A program made the translations under genes and the position numbers. A stretch of DNA of 64,000 nt from Gemmatimonadota bacterium. GTDB taxonomy: Bacteria > Gemmatimonadota > Gemmatimonadetes > Gemmatimonadales > GWC2-71-9. Below, one piece after another: positions 1-10,186 of this stretch. The notes under the pieces were generated by a model. The model did not search any database, had not been told where the DNA came from, and saw only the letters and a program-made list of their open reading frames with translations. Every line of letters starts with the position of its first letter. The first letter of the stretch is position 1. The stretch is from the NCBI GenBank assembly GCA_039588295.1, contig JBDHAB010000004.1, positions 32,001 through 96,000 on the forward strand. The letters are read 5' to 3'.

Positions 1-411
1 ATCGCCATTGCCTTCTTTGATATCATGGCGCTGGCTTTCGCCGTGCAAAACATCGGAGGAAACTGGCGCGACGATTCCGGACTGACGCTACCGCGACGCA
101 CGCGACTGGGATTTACCACGAACTACGTCGATCCCCAAGAGACGTTCCGTCTCTTGTCGACGGTCGAAATCGAGTGGCACGAAGGAGCGGGTGCCCGGCT
201 GCTCCTCGGTGGCGAAGCCGGGATCGTGGTGAGCGGAGTGGGGATCATTGGACGGTTGGGTTACGGGGGGCGGCCCGTGTCGGTCGCGGGTTCTCGGCTG
301 ACACTCGGCGGCACCGTCACGTTCGCCGCGCTCAGCTTGGATTACGCGTTCCGTGCGGATGAGTTGCTCGGCCAGTCGGCACACTACTTCGGCGCGCGGT
401 TGACGCTCTAG
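1..411 (+). CDS. Outer-membrane beta-barrel protein, PorV/PorQ-like, 5'-truncated by the window edge
   Basis: Frame open from base 1; contains AVQNIG and an amphipathic beta-strand C-terminus (LSLDYAF...HYFGARLTL). Confidence 0.55.
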   Translation: MAIAFFDIMALAFAVQNIGGNWRDDSGLTLPRRTRLGFTTNYVDPQETFRLLSTVEIEWHEGAGARLLLGGEAGIVVSGVGIIGRLGYGGRPVSVAGSRLTLGGTVTFAALSLDYAFRADELLGQSAHYFGARLTL

Positions 412-417
412 CGAGCC

Positions 418-1506
418 ATGGCCAGGCGGTGGCGGCGATGGATTCTCCGTGGAACGGCCGGCGCCGTCGGCGCGGTCGTCCTCCTCCTGCTGGCCGCCGC
501 CGCCTTCAGTACAGACGCACGCTTCCTCATGCGTGCGACCTACGAGGAGGCGAAGATCCTCCTGCGGCGCCAATCCCTTGCCCGACTCGCTGCCGATCCC
601 GAGACTTCCGCCGAACGTCGCGAGCAGTTTCGCCTGGTGCTGGCGGCGAGAGCGTTCGCCGCCGACGCCCTCGAGCTTGCTGCGGGAGACACGTACACGA
701 CGTTCTCGGAGGTGTCGCGCGACACGCTGCTCCTTGTTCTTACGGCCAGCAGGCAGGACACACTGGCTCCGTATACCTGGCGCTACCCCGTGGTGGGAAC
801 CGTGCCCTACAAGGGGTTCTTCGATTTCGGGCAAGGATTCGAAGCCGCGGCGCGCCTCGAGCGCGACAGCTACGACACCTATCTCCGGCCGTCGGGCGCG
901 TTCTCGACGCTGGGCTGGTTCAACGATCCGCTGCTCTCGACCGCCTTGAGCTCCGATCCCGTGCTCCTCGTGGCGCTGGTCGTCCACGAGATTGCCCACA
1001 ATACGCTGTACGTCGCCGACGAGACGCCGTTCAACGAGAGTTTCGCGATGTTCGTGGGTTACCGGGGTGCGGAGGCGTTCTTCAGGGGCGGCCACGACAG
1101 CGTGGGCGCGGGACGCGCGGCGGCCATATGGCGCGACCAGCTGCGACTCGCGCAGTTCTACCGTGAGCTCGCCGACGAACTGGAGCAGATCTACGCATCT
1201 GGGGCCAGTCGCGAGTTGGTCATGCAACGGCGCGGCACCGCGTTCCAGCGCGCACGCGAACAGCTGCGTGGGCCCTTGAAGGAGGAGCTGGAAGTCTATA
1301 GTGGGGCGCGGCTCGCCGAGCGACCGCTCAACAATGCCAGCGTGCTGGCCGCCCAAATTTACCGGACGGATCTCGCGGCGTTCGATCGCGTGCTCGAGCG
1401 ATTCAACGGAGATCTCCGAGGTGCCGTCATCGCCATCGCGCGGGCCGTGGCCGAGCGGGGAGACGCGACTCCGCTCCAGGCTGTGCAGCGGCTGGCGGGT
1501 CCCTGA
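418..1506 (+). CDS. Putative secreted/membrane-anchored zinc aminopeptidase (DUF2265-type)
   Basis: N-terminal hydrophobic segment; [29 protein letters not shown] (HExxH) and FNESFA motifs. Confidence 0.8.
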   Translation: MARRWRRWILRGTAGAVGAVVLLLLAAAAFSTDARFLMRATYEEAKILLRRQSLARLAADPETSAERREQFRLVLAARAFAADALELAAGDTYTTFSEVSRDTLLLVLTASRQDTLAPYTWRYPVVGTVPYKGFFDFGQGFEAAARLERDSYDTYLRPSGAFSTLGWFNDPLLSTALSSDPVLLVALVVHEIAHNTLYVADETPFNESFAMFVGYRGAEAFFRGGHDSVGAGRAAAIWRDQLRLAQFYRELADELEQIYASGASRELVMQRRGTAFQRAREQLRGPLKEELEVYSGARLAERPLNNASVLAAQIYRTDLAAFDRVLERFNGDLRGAVIAIARAVAERGDATPLQAVQRLAGP

Positions 1507-1510
1507 GCGC

Positions 1511-2776
1511 TCAGTACCCTCGGAGGCGTTCGGCCTCGGCCACCCGCGCCAGCGCAATCATATAGGCGGCCGTTCGCCACGTGACCTGCCGCTCCTTCAC
1601 CAAGTCCCGCACACCGCGGTAGGCATGGGTCATTCGCGCGAACAGCTCTCGATTGACCTGCTCGAGCGACCACGGGTGCTGTTGGAGATTCTGCACCCAT
1701 TCGAAGTAACTGACGACCACCCCGCCGGCGTTCGCGAGAAAATCCGGAAGGACCGGGATGCCGCGTTCCTCGAGAATTCGGTCGCCAATGGTTGTGACGG
1801 GTGTGTTGGCCGCCTCGACTACGACCTTGCACTGAACGGTGGAGGCGCTGGTCTCTTTGCTGATCACCCCCCCCAAGGCAGCGGGTACCATCCAATCGCA
1901 GGGGATTTCAAAGAGCTGGATGTTGGTGATTGCCTCACCACCTGGGAACGCAGGCACGGGCTTCCGATCGACGTACGCGTGTCGGAACAGGGCGGGGATG
2001 TCGAGTCCCTTCGGGTTGTGGAGACCACCGTCCACGTCGCTGACGGCGAGGATCTTCGCGCCCTCCTTGTGGAGGAGCAGCGCGAGGTTGGCGCCCACGT
2101 TTCCAAAGCCTTGAATGATGACCGTCCCACCCTCGATTGGAACGTCGAAGTCCTTCGCGTAGTGCTGCATCACATACAGCACTCCTTGCCCTGTCGCCTC
2201 CTCCCGGCCCAGGGACCCTCCAAGCGACACGGGCTTGCCGGTGACCACGGCTGGGGTATACCCGGTCCGCTTGGAGTACTCATCCATGAGCCATGCCATG
2301 ACTTGGGCGTTCGTTCCCATGTCTGGCGCGGGGATGTCTCGGTACGGTCCCAGCACGATGGCGATGCGGCTGGTGAAAGAGCGCGTCACCGCCTCGTATT
2401 CGCGGATGGACAGCTGACGCTGGTCGATCTGCACTCCCCCCTTGGCACCGCCGAAGGGAACGTCCAGTAAAGCCGTCTTCCACGTCATGGTCGTGGCTAG
2501 CCCCAACACTTCCTGTTCGTCTGCCTCCGGGTGGTATCGAATCCCGCCTTTGCACGGGCCACGAGCCCCGCTGTGTTGAACGCGGTAGCCGCGCACGACC
2601 TCAATGCTTCCATCATCCCTCCGGAAGGGCACCTCGACGCTCACGGAGCGGAACGGCATGATGAGCGCGCGTCGCATATAGTCTTCGAGCCCAATCAGAT
2701 CGGCAGCCTGATCGAACTGGTTCTTGACGATGGCGCGGAGGCGCATGGAGGAACGTTCGACGGAGGACGTGGTCAC
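1511..2776 (-). CDS. gdhA: Glutamate dehydrogenase (Glu/Leu/Phe/Val dehydrogenase family)
   Basis: KGGIRYHP, PFGGAKGG, DIPAPDMGT, QGFGNVG and PDFLANAGGV motifs; start is GTG 2776 or ATG 2746. Confidence 0.9.
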   Translation of the reverse strand: MTTSSVERSSMRLRAIVKNQFDQAADLIGLEDYMRRALIMPFRSVSVEVPFRRDDGSIEVVRGYRVQHSGARGPCKGGIRYHPEADEQEVLGLATTMTWKTALLDVPFGGAKGGVQIDQRQLSIREYEAVTRSFTSRIAIVLGPYRDIPAPDMGTNAQVMAWLMDEYSKRTGYTPAVVTGKPVSLGGSLGREEATGQGVLYVMQHYAKDFDVPIEGGTVIIQGFGNVGANLALLLHKEGAKILAVSDVDGGLHNPKGLDIPALFRHAYVDRKPVPAFPGGEAITNIQLFEIPCDWMVPAALGGVISKETSASTVQCKVVVEAANTPVTTIGDRILEERGIPVLPDFLANAGGVVVSYFEWVQNLQQHPWSLEQVNRELFARMTHAYRGVRDLVKERQVTWRTAAYMIALARVAEAERLRGY

Positions 2777-2968
2777 GACGTGATCCCGGTGCGAGACAGG
2801 GTGAATTTGCCGCAATGTGCCCTGGCGGCAAGGGGTCGTATATTTCGACGGTCGCAGCTTGGGTGGGGAAGGGACTGCCCGCCACGTTGTTCCACGCAGC
2901 CTCGAGCCGCGCACGATTCCGAGCGAGGCCGACGAGATCATCAACACTCCGCGTTGAGAGACCACACC

Positions 2969-4336
2969 ATGCCGAACCTAGCGTCATACGTCGCGACCCA
3001 TCGCGATCGCATGCTCGGGGAGCTGAACGAACTGCTCCGCATCCCCAGCGTGTCGACCGCCTCGGAACATGCCGGGGACTGTCGCCGAGCCGCCGACTGG
3101 GTTGCAGACCACTTGCGAGCGCTCGGGTGCCCGAAGGTCGAGCTGCTCGCGAGCGATACCCACCCTGTCGTGCTGGCTGAGGGACCCACGGTCCCCGGGA
3201 AACCGACGATTCTCGTCTACGGACACTACGACGTCCAACCCGCGGAGCCGCTCGATCTATGGGACTCACCGCCCTACGAGCCGACGGTTCGTGACGGCAA
3301 CCTGTACGCCCGTGGTGCGACCGACGACAAGGGGCAGTTCTTCTCGATCGTCAAGGCGTTCGAGGCGGTCAGCCGGGGCGGAGCCCCGCCGGTCAATGTG
3401 CGGTTTCTCATCGAGGGCCAGGAGGAGACAGGCAGCGGAATCCTCTTCGATCTCCTGGAGCGCCGGCCTGAGCTCGTTCGCGCCGATGCCGCGCTCGTTG
3501 CGGACACGCAGTACTACGCACCCGGCTGGCCGGCGATTGAAGTCGGGCTCCGGGGCATCTGCTACGGGGAAATCACCGTTCGCACCTTGAAGGGCGATCT
3601 CCACTCCGGACTGTACGGCGGCGCGGCCCCAAACGCGCACGAGGCCCTCGTTCAGATCCTGGCAAAGCTCAAGTCACCGAGCGGCCGGATCCGCATCCCC
3701 GGCCTGTACGAGAAGGTCGCCCGGCCGAGCAAAGAGGAGCGGGACGCGTGGGCGAGACTCCCGTTCAGCGAGCGGACATTCATGAGGGAGGAAGTCGGCT
3801 CCAAGGCGCTGACCGGTCTCACTCGGTACACGGTGTTCGAACGACTGTGGGGACTTCCGACGTTCGAGATCCACGGCATTGCCGGGGGCTTCACCGCTCC
3901 GGGTGCCAAGACGGTGATCCCTGCGGTGGCGACGGCCAAGGTGAGCCTCCGTCTCGTTCCCAATCAGCGGGTGAAGCAGGTCGAGCGTCAGCTGGTGCGG
4001 GCGGTCAAGCAGGTGGCGCCGAAGTATGCCGACGTTTCCGTGTCGTTCATCCACGGCGCGGATCCCGTTCTCGTCGACATCGATCATCCGTCATTCGAGC
4101 TGATCGACAAGGCATTCCGAGAGGTCGAGGGTCGCGGCGTTGTTCTCACCCGTTCGGGCGGCTCCATTCCGGTGGTCCAGGCGTTGGCCAAGGAGCGAGC
4201 CGCAGTCATGCTGGTGGGCATCGGCCTGCCCGACGACCGACTGCACGCGCCCAACGAGAAGCTTGGTGTCGAGCAGTTTTTCAAGGGTGCGCATGTGTTT
4301 GGCCGGTTCTTCCAGTTGATGGGTGAGCAGGGATAA
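2969..4336 (+). CDS. M20 family dipeptidase/deacylase
   Basis: YGHYDVQP, RGATDDKG, EGQEE, DLHSG and HAPNE motifs; ATG at 2969 chosen as start. Confidence 0.9.
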   Translation: MPNLASYVATHRDRMLGELNELLRIPSVSTASEHAGDCRRAADWVADHLRALGCPKVELLASDTHPVVLAEGPTVPGKPTILVYGHYDVQPAEPLDLWDSPPYEPTVRDGNLYARGATDDKGQFFSIVKAFEAVSRGGAPPVNVRFLIEGQEETGSGILFDLLERRPELVRADAALVADTQYYAPGWPAIEVGLRGICYGEITVRTLKGDLHSGLYGGAAPNAHEALVQILAKLKSPSGRIRIPGLYEKVARPSKEERDAWARLPFSERTFMREEVGSKALTGLTRYTVFERLWGLPTFEIHGIAGGFTAPGAKTVIPAVATAKVSLRLVPNQRVKQVERQLVRAVKQVAPKYADVSVSFIHGADPVLVDIDHPSFELIDKAFREVEGRGVVLTRSGGSIPVVQALAKERAAVMLVGIGLPDDRLHAPNEKLGVEQFFKGAHVFGRFFQLMGEQG

Positions 4337-4398
4337 GGAAGGGAGGAGGGGCAAGGGGAGGAGGGCAGTCGTCCCGTTCCCTTCCTCCGGCTTGCTTG

Positions 4399-5097
4399 TC
4401 ATTGCGCGCCGCTGGCCATCAGTTCCTCGTGCGTCATCATCTGAGGCTGTTGGGCGAACGTATCTGCAAACCCCAGCACGACGGCGTCCAGCGTTCGCGC
4501 CCATAGGTCGCGCGGGGTACGCCCACCCAGTTCGCGCGCGACGCTCGTCATCTCCACTTGCGCAATGCCACACGGCACGATGAGGTCGAAGAAGCTGAGA
4601 TCCGTGGTGACATTGAGGGCAAAGCCGTGCCAGGTGACCCACTGCTTCACATGGATACCGATACTCGCGATCTTGCGGCCACCGGTCCACACGCCCGTGT
4701 AGTCCTCGTTCCGCTCTCCTGGAACGCCGAGTTGCTCCAGCGCGGCGATCAGCGAGCCCTCGATTTGTCGGAGGAACCAATGGAGGTCCTTGCGATGCTC
4801 GGACAAGTCGAAGACCGGGTATCCCACGAGCTGGCCCGGTCCATGGAACGTGACATCGCCGCCCCGTTCGACCTCATGAATCTCAATCCCCCGGGCGCGG
4901 AGTCCGTCTGGAGGCGTGGAGAGATGTTCTGCCTGGAAGGACCGTCCGAGGGTCACGACGGGTGGGTGCTCGACCAGCAACAACACGTCGTGTGTCACGC
5001 CGCGGTCGATGCGGGCCTGGGCCGCGGCGCGCTGCAGCTGCAGTGCTTCCTCGTACCCCATGCGGTCGAGTCCCACGACGGCGAGCTGCTCACTCAT
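4399..5097 (-). CDS. lipB: Lipoyl(octanoyl) transferase LipB
   Basis: LLVEHPPVVTLG, RGGDVTFHGPGQLVGYP, KIASIG, HGFALN and IVPCG (catalytic Cys); ATG 5097 overlaps the upstream stop. Confidence 0.93.
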   Translation of the reverse strand: MSEQLAVVGLDRMGYEEALQLQRAAAQARIDRGVTHDVLLLVEHPPVVTLGRSFQAEHLSTPPDGLRARGIEIHEVERGGDVTFHGPGQLVGYPVFDLSEHRKDLHWFLRQIEGSLIAALEQLGVPGERNEDYTGVWTGGRKIASIGIHVKQWVTWHGFALNVTTDLSFFDLIVPCGIAQVEMTSVARELGGRTPRDLWARTLDAVVLGFADTFAQQPQMMTHEELMASGAQ

Positions 5098-5498
5098 CGG
5101 GCGGCGGCACGCATGGCGGCGAGATGCGTGAGGACGGCGGCAGCGAGGAGCACCGTGAGGTAGAGCCCGAGCCCGAGCCGCCCGGCGACGAGATCGGCCG
5201 GCGTGGCGATGAGGGCGAGCAATGCGGCACCGAACACGGACACGGCGGCGGCGACCCCCCGCCGCCAGCGGTCGTCGATGACTCGTGTCCGCCACCAAGC
5301 GGAGGCGACTGCCGCCACGATACCGAGGAAGAGGCTCACGCCAATGACCGTGGCGCCCGCGCTGGCCGCCACGGCCGCCGGATCGCCAGCTTGGGCGATC
5401 CGCAGCACGAAGACTCCCGCCGTCATCACTGCCGCGCCGCTCGTCGCGCCTGCGCCGATGCTCGCGACGGCGGTCCCTACCGGATCGGAAGTGGTCAC
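5094..5498 (-). CDS. Hypothetical membrane protein (about 4 TM segments)
   Basis: Very hydrophobic 134-aa ORF that fills the lpdA-lipB gap exactly, with a 4-nt overlap to lipB. Confidence 0.7.
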   Translation of the reverse strand: MTTSDPVGTAVASIGAGATSGAAVMTAGVFVLRIAQAGDPAAVAASAGATVIGVSLFLGIVAAVASAWWRTRVIDDRWRRGVAAAVSVFGAALLALIATPADLVAGRLGLGLYLTVLLAAAVLTHLAAMRAAAR

Positions 5499-5502
5499 AT
5501 CA

Positions 5503-6897
5503 CTACATGTGCAGTGCGCGACCCAGCGAATCGAGGGCCGCCTCTGCGACCGCCTCCGAGAGGGTAGGGTGTGCGTGAACCGCCAGATCCACCTCCTCGA
5601 CGGTGTATTCGTTCTCCCGCGCGACGGTGAGCTCGTGAATCATCTCGCTGGCGTGGGACGCTACGACATGGGCACCGAGGATCTCTCCGTACCGCGCGTC
5701 CCGGATGATCTTGACGAAGCCGTCTGTCTCCATGCTCGCTCGGGCGCGGCCGTTTGCCGAGAGAGGAAAGCGGCCGACGATATAGTCGAGCTTCTGCTCT
5801 TTGCACTGTGTCTCGTTGAGACCGATGCTTGCCACCTCTGGATGGCAATAGGTCACGGAGGGGATGTTGTCATACCGAATCGGGTGCGGCTTCTTGCCCG
5901 CGACCAGTTCGGCCACAAAGGTGCCTTCGCGGCTCCCCTTGTGTGCCAGCATGGGTGGTCCCGCAATGTCCCCAATGGCGTAGATGTCTTTGGCACTCGT
6001 CTGGAGATCTTCGTCGACGGTGATGAAGCCTTGGTCATTGAGCGTGACGCCGACGTCCTCGAATCCGTTTCCCTCCGTGTTGAGTGCCCGCCCCGCCGCC
6101 ATCAACACCTTGTCGACGACGATCTGCGTGCCCGAGCCGCCGACCTCCACCTCGAGCGTCACGTTCGAGGCCATGATCTTTGCTCCGGTCACCTTTGCGC
6201 CGGCGAGGACGTCGATCTTGCGTTTCTTGAAGCTCCTCCCGAGCACCTCGGCCGACTCGTGGTCTTCCAGCGGGAGAATCTGGGGTAACATCTCGATCAA
6301 CGTCACATTCGATCCGAAGGCATTGAAGATATCGGCGAACTCACAACCGACGGCCCCCGCTCCAACGATGGCGATGCCCTGCGGTGCCTCCTCGAGGAAC
6401 AGCGCCTCGTCGGTGGAGATGACCGACCGTTTGTCGAGTTCGAGCCCGATCTGCGGTAAGCCCTTGACCCGGGTACCGGTGGCGATGACGATTGCCTTCG
6501 TTGCGGTGTAGGTGTCGTCACCGACAGCCACCGTCTTTCCGGGCCGCAGCGTGCCGCTGCCCCTGATGACGGTCACGTTGTTCTTCTTCATCAGGAACTC
6601 GACACCCTTCGAGTTCTGGTCGCTGACCCTACGGGAGTGCTTTACCGCGGCACCCAGATCGAAGGAGGCCTCGAAGACGTTGACGCCGAGGTTCTTGGCG
6701 TCGTGTCGGACGAGGTTGGCGACGTAGGCGCTATGCAGCAACGCCTTGCTCGGGATGCAGCCCACGTTGACGCAGACCCCTCCCATCTTCTCGCGCTCCA
6801 CGACCGCGGCCTTGAGGCCCATTTGTGCGGCTCGGATCGCACACACGTATCCTGCGGGACCGCCGCCGAGGATGATGAGGTCGAATGTCTTGGACAT
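5503..6897 (-). CDS. lpdA: Dihydrolipoyl dehydrogenase (E3)
   Basis: GGGPAG FAD motif, GGVCVNVGCIPSK redox disulfide, HAHPTLSE. Confidence 0.96.
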   Translation of the reverse strand: MSKTFDLIILGGGPAGYVCAIRAAQMGLKAAVVEREKMGGVCVNVGCIPSKALLHSAYVANLVRHDAKNLGVNVFEASFDLGAAVKHSRRVSDQNSKGVEFLMKKNNVTVIRGSGTLRPGKTVAVGDDTYTATKAIVIATGTRVKGLPQIGLELDKRSVISTDEALFLEEAPQGIAIVGAGAVGCEFADIFNAFGSNVTLIEMLPQILPLEDHESAEVLGRSFKKRKIDVLAGAKVTGAKIMASNVTLEVEVGGSGTQIVVDKVLMAAGRALNTEGNGFEDVGVTLNDQGFITVDEDLQTSAKDIYAIGDIAGPPMLAHKGSREGTFVAELVAGKKPHPIRYDNIPSVTYCHPEVASIGLNETQCKEQKLDYIVGRFPLSANGRARASMETDGFVKIIRDARYGEILGAHVVASHASEMIHELTVARENEYTVEEVDLAVHAHPTLSEAVAEAALDSLGRALHM

Positions 6898-6971
6898 GGC
6901 TGTTGGGTTCCCCGTCTTTCGTCCGCAATGCCGTCACCCTGCCTGCCGGCAGGAGACCAAATGAGACTACG

Positions 6972-8168
6972 TCACCACACCATCGCCAACGGATTCTCGA
7001 GCATCCGTCGGACGGTCTGGAGAAAACGCGCGCCCGTCGCACCATCGATGACACGGTGGTCGCAACTCATCGTCAGGCGCATGCGCCTGCGCACCTGTAC
7101 GTTGCCGTCAACGACGGCGGGCTTCTCGGTGATACTCCCGACCGCAATGATGCCGGCCTCCGGCGGGTTGATCACGGCCGTGAACTCGTCGATGTCGAAC
7201 ATCCCGAGGTTGGATACCGAAAACGTCCCCCCGGTGTATTCGTCGGGCTGGAGCTTGCGCTCGCGTGCGCGCTCCGCGAGTTGGCGCGATTCGGCGGCGA
7301 TCTCCCGCAGCGACTTGAGATGTGCATGGCGGATGACCGGCGTGATGAGGCCGTCCTCCACGGCGACCGCCATGGAGAGATGCACGTCGTCGAAGTACCG
7401 AATGTGTCCTTCCTGCCACCACGCGTTGCACGCACGATGCTGTCGCAACGCCGTGGCAATTGCCTTGAGGATGATGTCGTTGTACGAGATCTTGGAGCGG
7501 CTCTCGAGGGCATTGAGCGCGGCGCGCGCATCGGCGGCGCGCTCCATATCTACCTCAATGGTGAGGAAGAAGTGTGGCACTGGCCCCAGAGACTGGGCCA
7601 ACCGTCGGGCGATGGTCTTGCGGATCTGCGACAGCTCGACGTCCTCGTACCCGTCGTCCGGTGCCGCGGGCGCCGCCGGTACACGATCGCCGGCCAGCTC
7701 CACGTCGCGCTTGGTGATCCTGCCCCCAGGACCCGACCCCGCGATATGCGCGAGATCCAGTCCCCGGTCGCCGGCGAGACGGCGGGCCAGGGGCGAGGCC
7801 TTGATACGGCCCGACGCGGTTGCCGGTGTGCTCGTCGGTGTCGGCACCGGGGTCGGCGTCGGGGCGTCGGGAGACGGAGGCTCGGCCGGCTTGGCCTCCG
7901 TGTCAGCCACGAGTACCGAGATGTCCTCATCCGGATCGGCGATCACGGCAACGAGACTTCCGACGGGAACCGTTGCGCCGTCCGGCGCGAGGATCTTCCG
8001 CAGCACTCCCGCGCCACGCGCCTGAAGCTCCATCACGGCTTTGTCGGTCTCGACCTCGGCGAGGATGTCGCCATCGGTGACGGCGTCCCCTTCGGCCTTG
8101 TGCCATGTGAGTACCTTGCCCTCCTCCATCGTGGGGGAGAGGGCTTCCATGAAGACTCTCGTCGCCAT
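6972..8168 (-). CDS. pdhC: Pyruvate dehydrogenase E2, dihydrolipoamide acetyltransferase (single lipoyl domain)
   Basis: EVETDKA lipoyl-Lys, ASPLARRLA E3-binding domain, DHRVIDG catalytic motif. Confidence 0.95.
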   Translation of the reverse strand: MATRVFMEALSPTMEEGKVLTWHKAEGDAVTDGDILAEVETDKAVMELQARGAGVLRKILAPDGATVPVGSLVAVIADPDEDISVLVADTEAKPAEPPSPDAPTPTPVPTPTSTPATASGRIKASPLARRLAGDRGLDLAHIAGSGPGGRITKRDVELAGDRVPAAPAAPDDGYEDVELSQIRKTIARRLAQSLGPVPHFFLTIEVDMERAADARAALNALESRSKISYNDIILKAIATALRQHRACNAWWQEGHIRYFDDVHLSMAVAVEDGLITPVIRHAHLKSLREIAAESRQLAERARERKLQPDEYTGGTFSVSNLGMFDIDEFTAVINPPEAGIIAVGSITEKPAVVDGNVQVRRRMRLTMSCDHRVIDGATGARFLQTVRRMLENPLAMVW

Positions 8169-8186
8169 CTGCGGTCCCGGGTTCGG

Positions 8187-9170
8187 TCAGTCGAGGTAGG
8201 TGACGCGCTTCACTGCCGCGATCACCTTGTCAGGATCGGGCTTTGCGGCTCGCTCGAGCTGCTTGTTGTACGGCATCGGGACATCGGCCCCGGTCACTCG
8301 GATCACTGGCGCGTCGAGATCGTCGAAGGCCTCCCGTTGGACCTCGTCCACGACCTGGGCGCCAACGCCACAGAACGGCCAACCTTCCTCGACCACCACG
8401 CAGCGATTCGTCTTGCGAACGCTGCTCGCGATCGCCGCCGTGTCGAGTGGGCGTATGGTGCGAAGGTCAACGACCTCGGCCGAGACACCCAACTCCTCGG
8501 CGAGGCGCGTGGCGGCCTTCAACGCGACGGCCACCGTCTTTGAGTGACAGATGATGGTGACGTCCCCGCCTTCACGCTTCACGTCCGCTGCCCCAAGGGG
8601 GATGGTGTACTCCTCGTCGGGAACATCTCCCTTTGCGTTGTAAAGCATCTCTCCTTCGAGGAAGACGACGGGGTTGTCGTCCCGAATCGCCGTCTTGAGG
8701 AGCCCTTTGGCGTCGTGCGGCGTGGCGGGGGCAACGACCTTGAGGCCGGGGATGTGTGCATACCAGGACTCGAACGCCTGCGAGTGCTGGGCAGCCAGCT
8801 GGAGAGCCGCGCCGCCGGGTCCGCGGAACACGACGGGAATCGGGATCTGCCCGCCGGACATGTAGAGCATCTTCGCCGCGGAGTTGACGAGCTGATCGAT
8901 CGCGAGCAGCGCGAAGTTCCACGTCATGAACTCGATGACCGGACGGAGCCCCACCATTGCCGCCCCAACGCCGACCCCTGCGAACCCGAGTTCCGCGATC
9001 GGCGTGTCGACCACGCGCAGCGGCCCGAACGCCTCGAGCAAGCCGCGGCTAACCTTGTAGGCGCCCTGGTACACCCCCACTTCCTCTCCCATGAGGAACA
9101 CACTGGGGTCGCGCTCCATCTCTTCACGGAGTGCCTGATTCAGCGCGTCACGATAGGTGAGCGTAGGCAT
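8187..9170 (-). CDS. pdhB: Pyruvate dehydrogenase E1 beta subunit
   Basis: GEEVG..QGAYKV, DTPIAELGF, EFMTWNF and AAQHSQ motifs. Confidence 0.95.
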   Translation of the reverse strand: MPTLTYRDALNQALREEMERDPSVFLMGEEVGVYQGAYKVSRGLLEAFGPLRVVDTPIAELGFAGVGVGAAMVGLRPVIEFMTWNFALLAIDQLVNSAAKMLYMSGGQIPIPVVFRGPGGAALQLAAQHSQAFESWYAHIPGLKVVAPATPHDAKGLLKTAIRDDNPVVFLEGEMLYNAKGDVPDEEYTIPLGAADVKREGGDVTIICHSKTVAVALKAATRLAEELGVSAEVVDLRTIRPLDTAAIASSVRKTNRCVVVEEGWPFCGVGAQVVDEVQREAFDDLDAPVIRVTGADVPMPYNKQLERAAKPDPDKVIAAVKRVTYLD

Positions 9171-9171
9171 C

Positions 9172-10170
9172 CTACTCGCGATACACGTCGGTGAATAGCG
9201 CTTCGGGCGCCGGTTCCGGGCTTTGCTCAGCGAATGCCATCGCCGCGTCGATCTCCTCCTCCACCGCCTGCTTCATGACCCGCAGCGCACCGTCATCGAG
9301 CAGGTTCCCCTCCGCCATGCGCACCTGCAGGTCCAGGATCGGGTCCTTCTGCTTTTGCTCCTCGAGCTCTTCCTTGGTGCGGTAATGACCGTGGATGGGG
9401 TCGGCCATCGAATGCCCCATGTAGCGATACGTCCGCGCCTCGATGAGCGTCGGCAGCCGCTCGACACGTGCGCGCTCCACGGCGCGTGTCGTCGCTTCGT
9501 GCACCGCGAGCACGTCCATGCCGTCCACCGTCTCTTCCGCCATGTCGTACGAGCACGCGCGACGGTAGACGTCGTAGACCGCAGCAGCGCGCTCCAGCGC
9601 GGTTCCCATACCGTACCGGTTGTTCTCGCACAGGAACACCACGGGAAGTCCCCACAGGGCTGCCATATTGAGCGTTTCGTGAAACGCCCCAATGTTGACG
9701 GCGGCCTCACCGAAGAAGCAGATGACCACCTGATCGGTGTCGCGGTACTTGATGGCGAATCCCGCACCGGCCGCCAGCGGCAAGTGCGATCCCACGATGC
9801 CATGTCCGCCCAGGAAGTTGTGCCCGACGTCGAACAGATGCATCGAGCCGCCCTTTCCGCCGGAGCACCCGCCCGCGCGGCCGAACAATTCGGCCATGAC
9901 CGTGGAGACGCTCGTGCCCTGCACGATCGCGTGGGCGTGTTCGCGATAGCTCGCGAAGACATAGTCGTCCTTGCGGAGCGCCGTGAGGGCGCCGACCGCA
10001 ACAGCCTCCTGACCGATGTAGAGATGACAGAAGCCGCCGATTCTCCCTTGAGCGTAGGCCTCACCCGCCCGCTCTTCGAAGCGGCGGACCAGCAGCATCT
10101 GCCTCAGGAGGTGGCGGTAGAACTCCGCGCGATCCGGGTCGAGCTGCGACACGAATGCCGGTTGGGCCAC
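9172..10170 (-). CDS. pdhA: Pyruvate dehydrogenase E1 alpha subunit
   Basis: IGGFCHLYIGQEA, GKGGSMH, TPP-binding GE...ENN and TYRYMGHSMAD; GTG 10170 chosen as start. Confidence 0.95.
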   Translation of the reverse strand: MAQPAFVSQLDPDRAEFYRHLLRQMLLVRRFEERAGEAYAQGRIGGFCHLYIGQEAVAVGALTALRKDDYVFASYREHAHAIVQGTSVSTVMAELFGRAGGCSGGKGGSMHLFDVGHNFLGGHGIVGSHLPLAAGAGFAIKYRDTDQVVICFFGEAAVNIGAFHETLNMAALWGLPVVFLCENNRYGMGTALERAAAVYDVYRRACSYDMAEETVDGMDVLAVHEATTRAVERARVERLPTLIEARTYRYMGHSMADPIHGHYRTKEELEEQKQKDPILDLQVRMAEGNLLDDGALRVMKQAVEEEIDAAMAFAEQSPEPAPEALFTDVYRE

Positions 10171-10186
10171 GCTGGCGTCTCCGTTG

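Noticed and set aside
88..1557. Long antisense/shadow ORFs (e.g. 88-1557 minus, 6885-8543 plus, 17271-18956 plus, 43245-44672 minus, 54413-55774 minus)
   Set aside because: They lie opposite well-supported genes and carry no recognisable motifs; long stop-free antisense frames are expected in high-GC coding DNA.
7821..7890. Pro/Thr/Ala-rich repetitive stretch in pdhC
   Set aside because: Ordinary flexible E2 interdomain linker.
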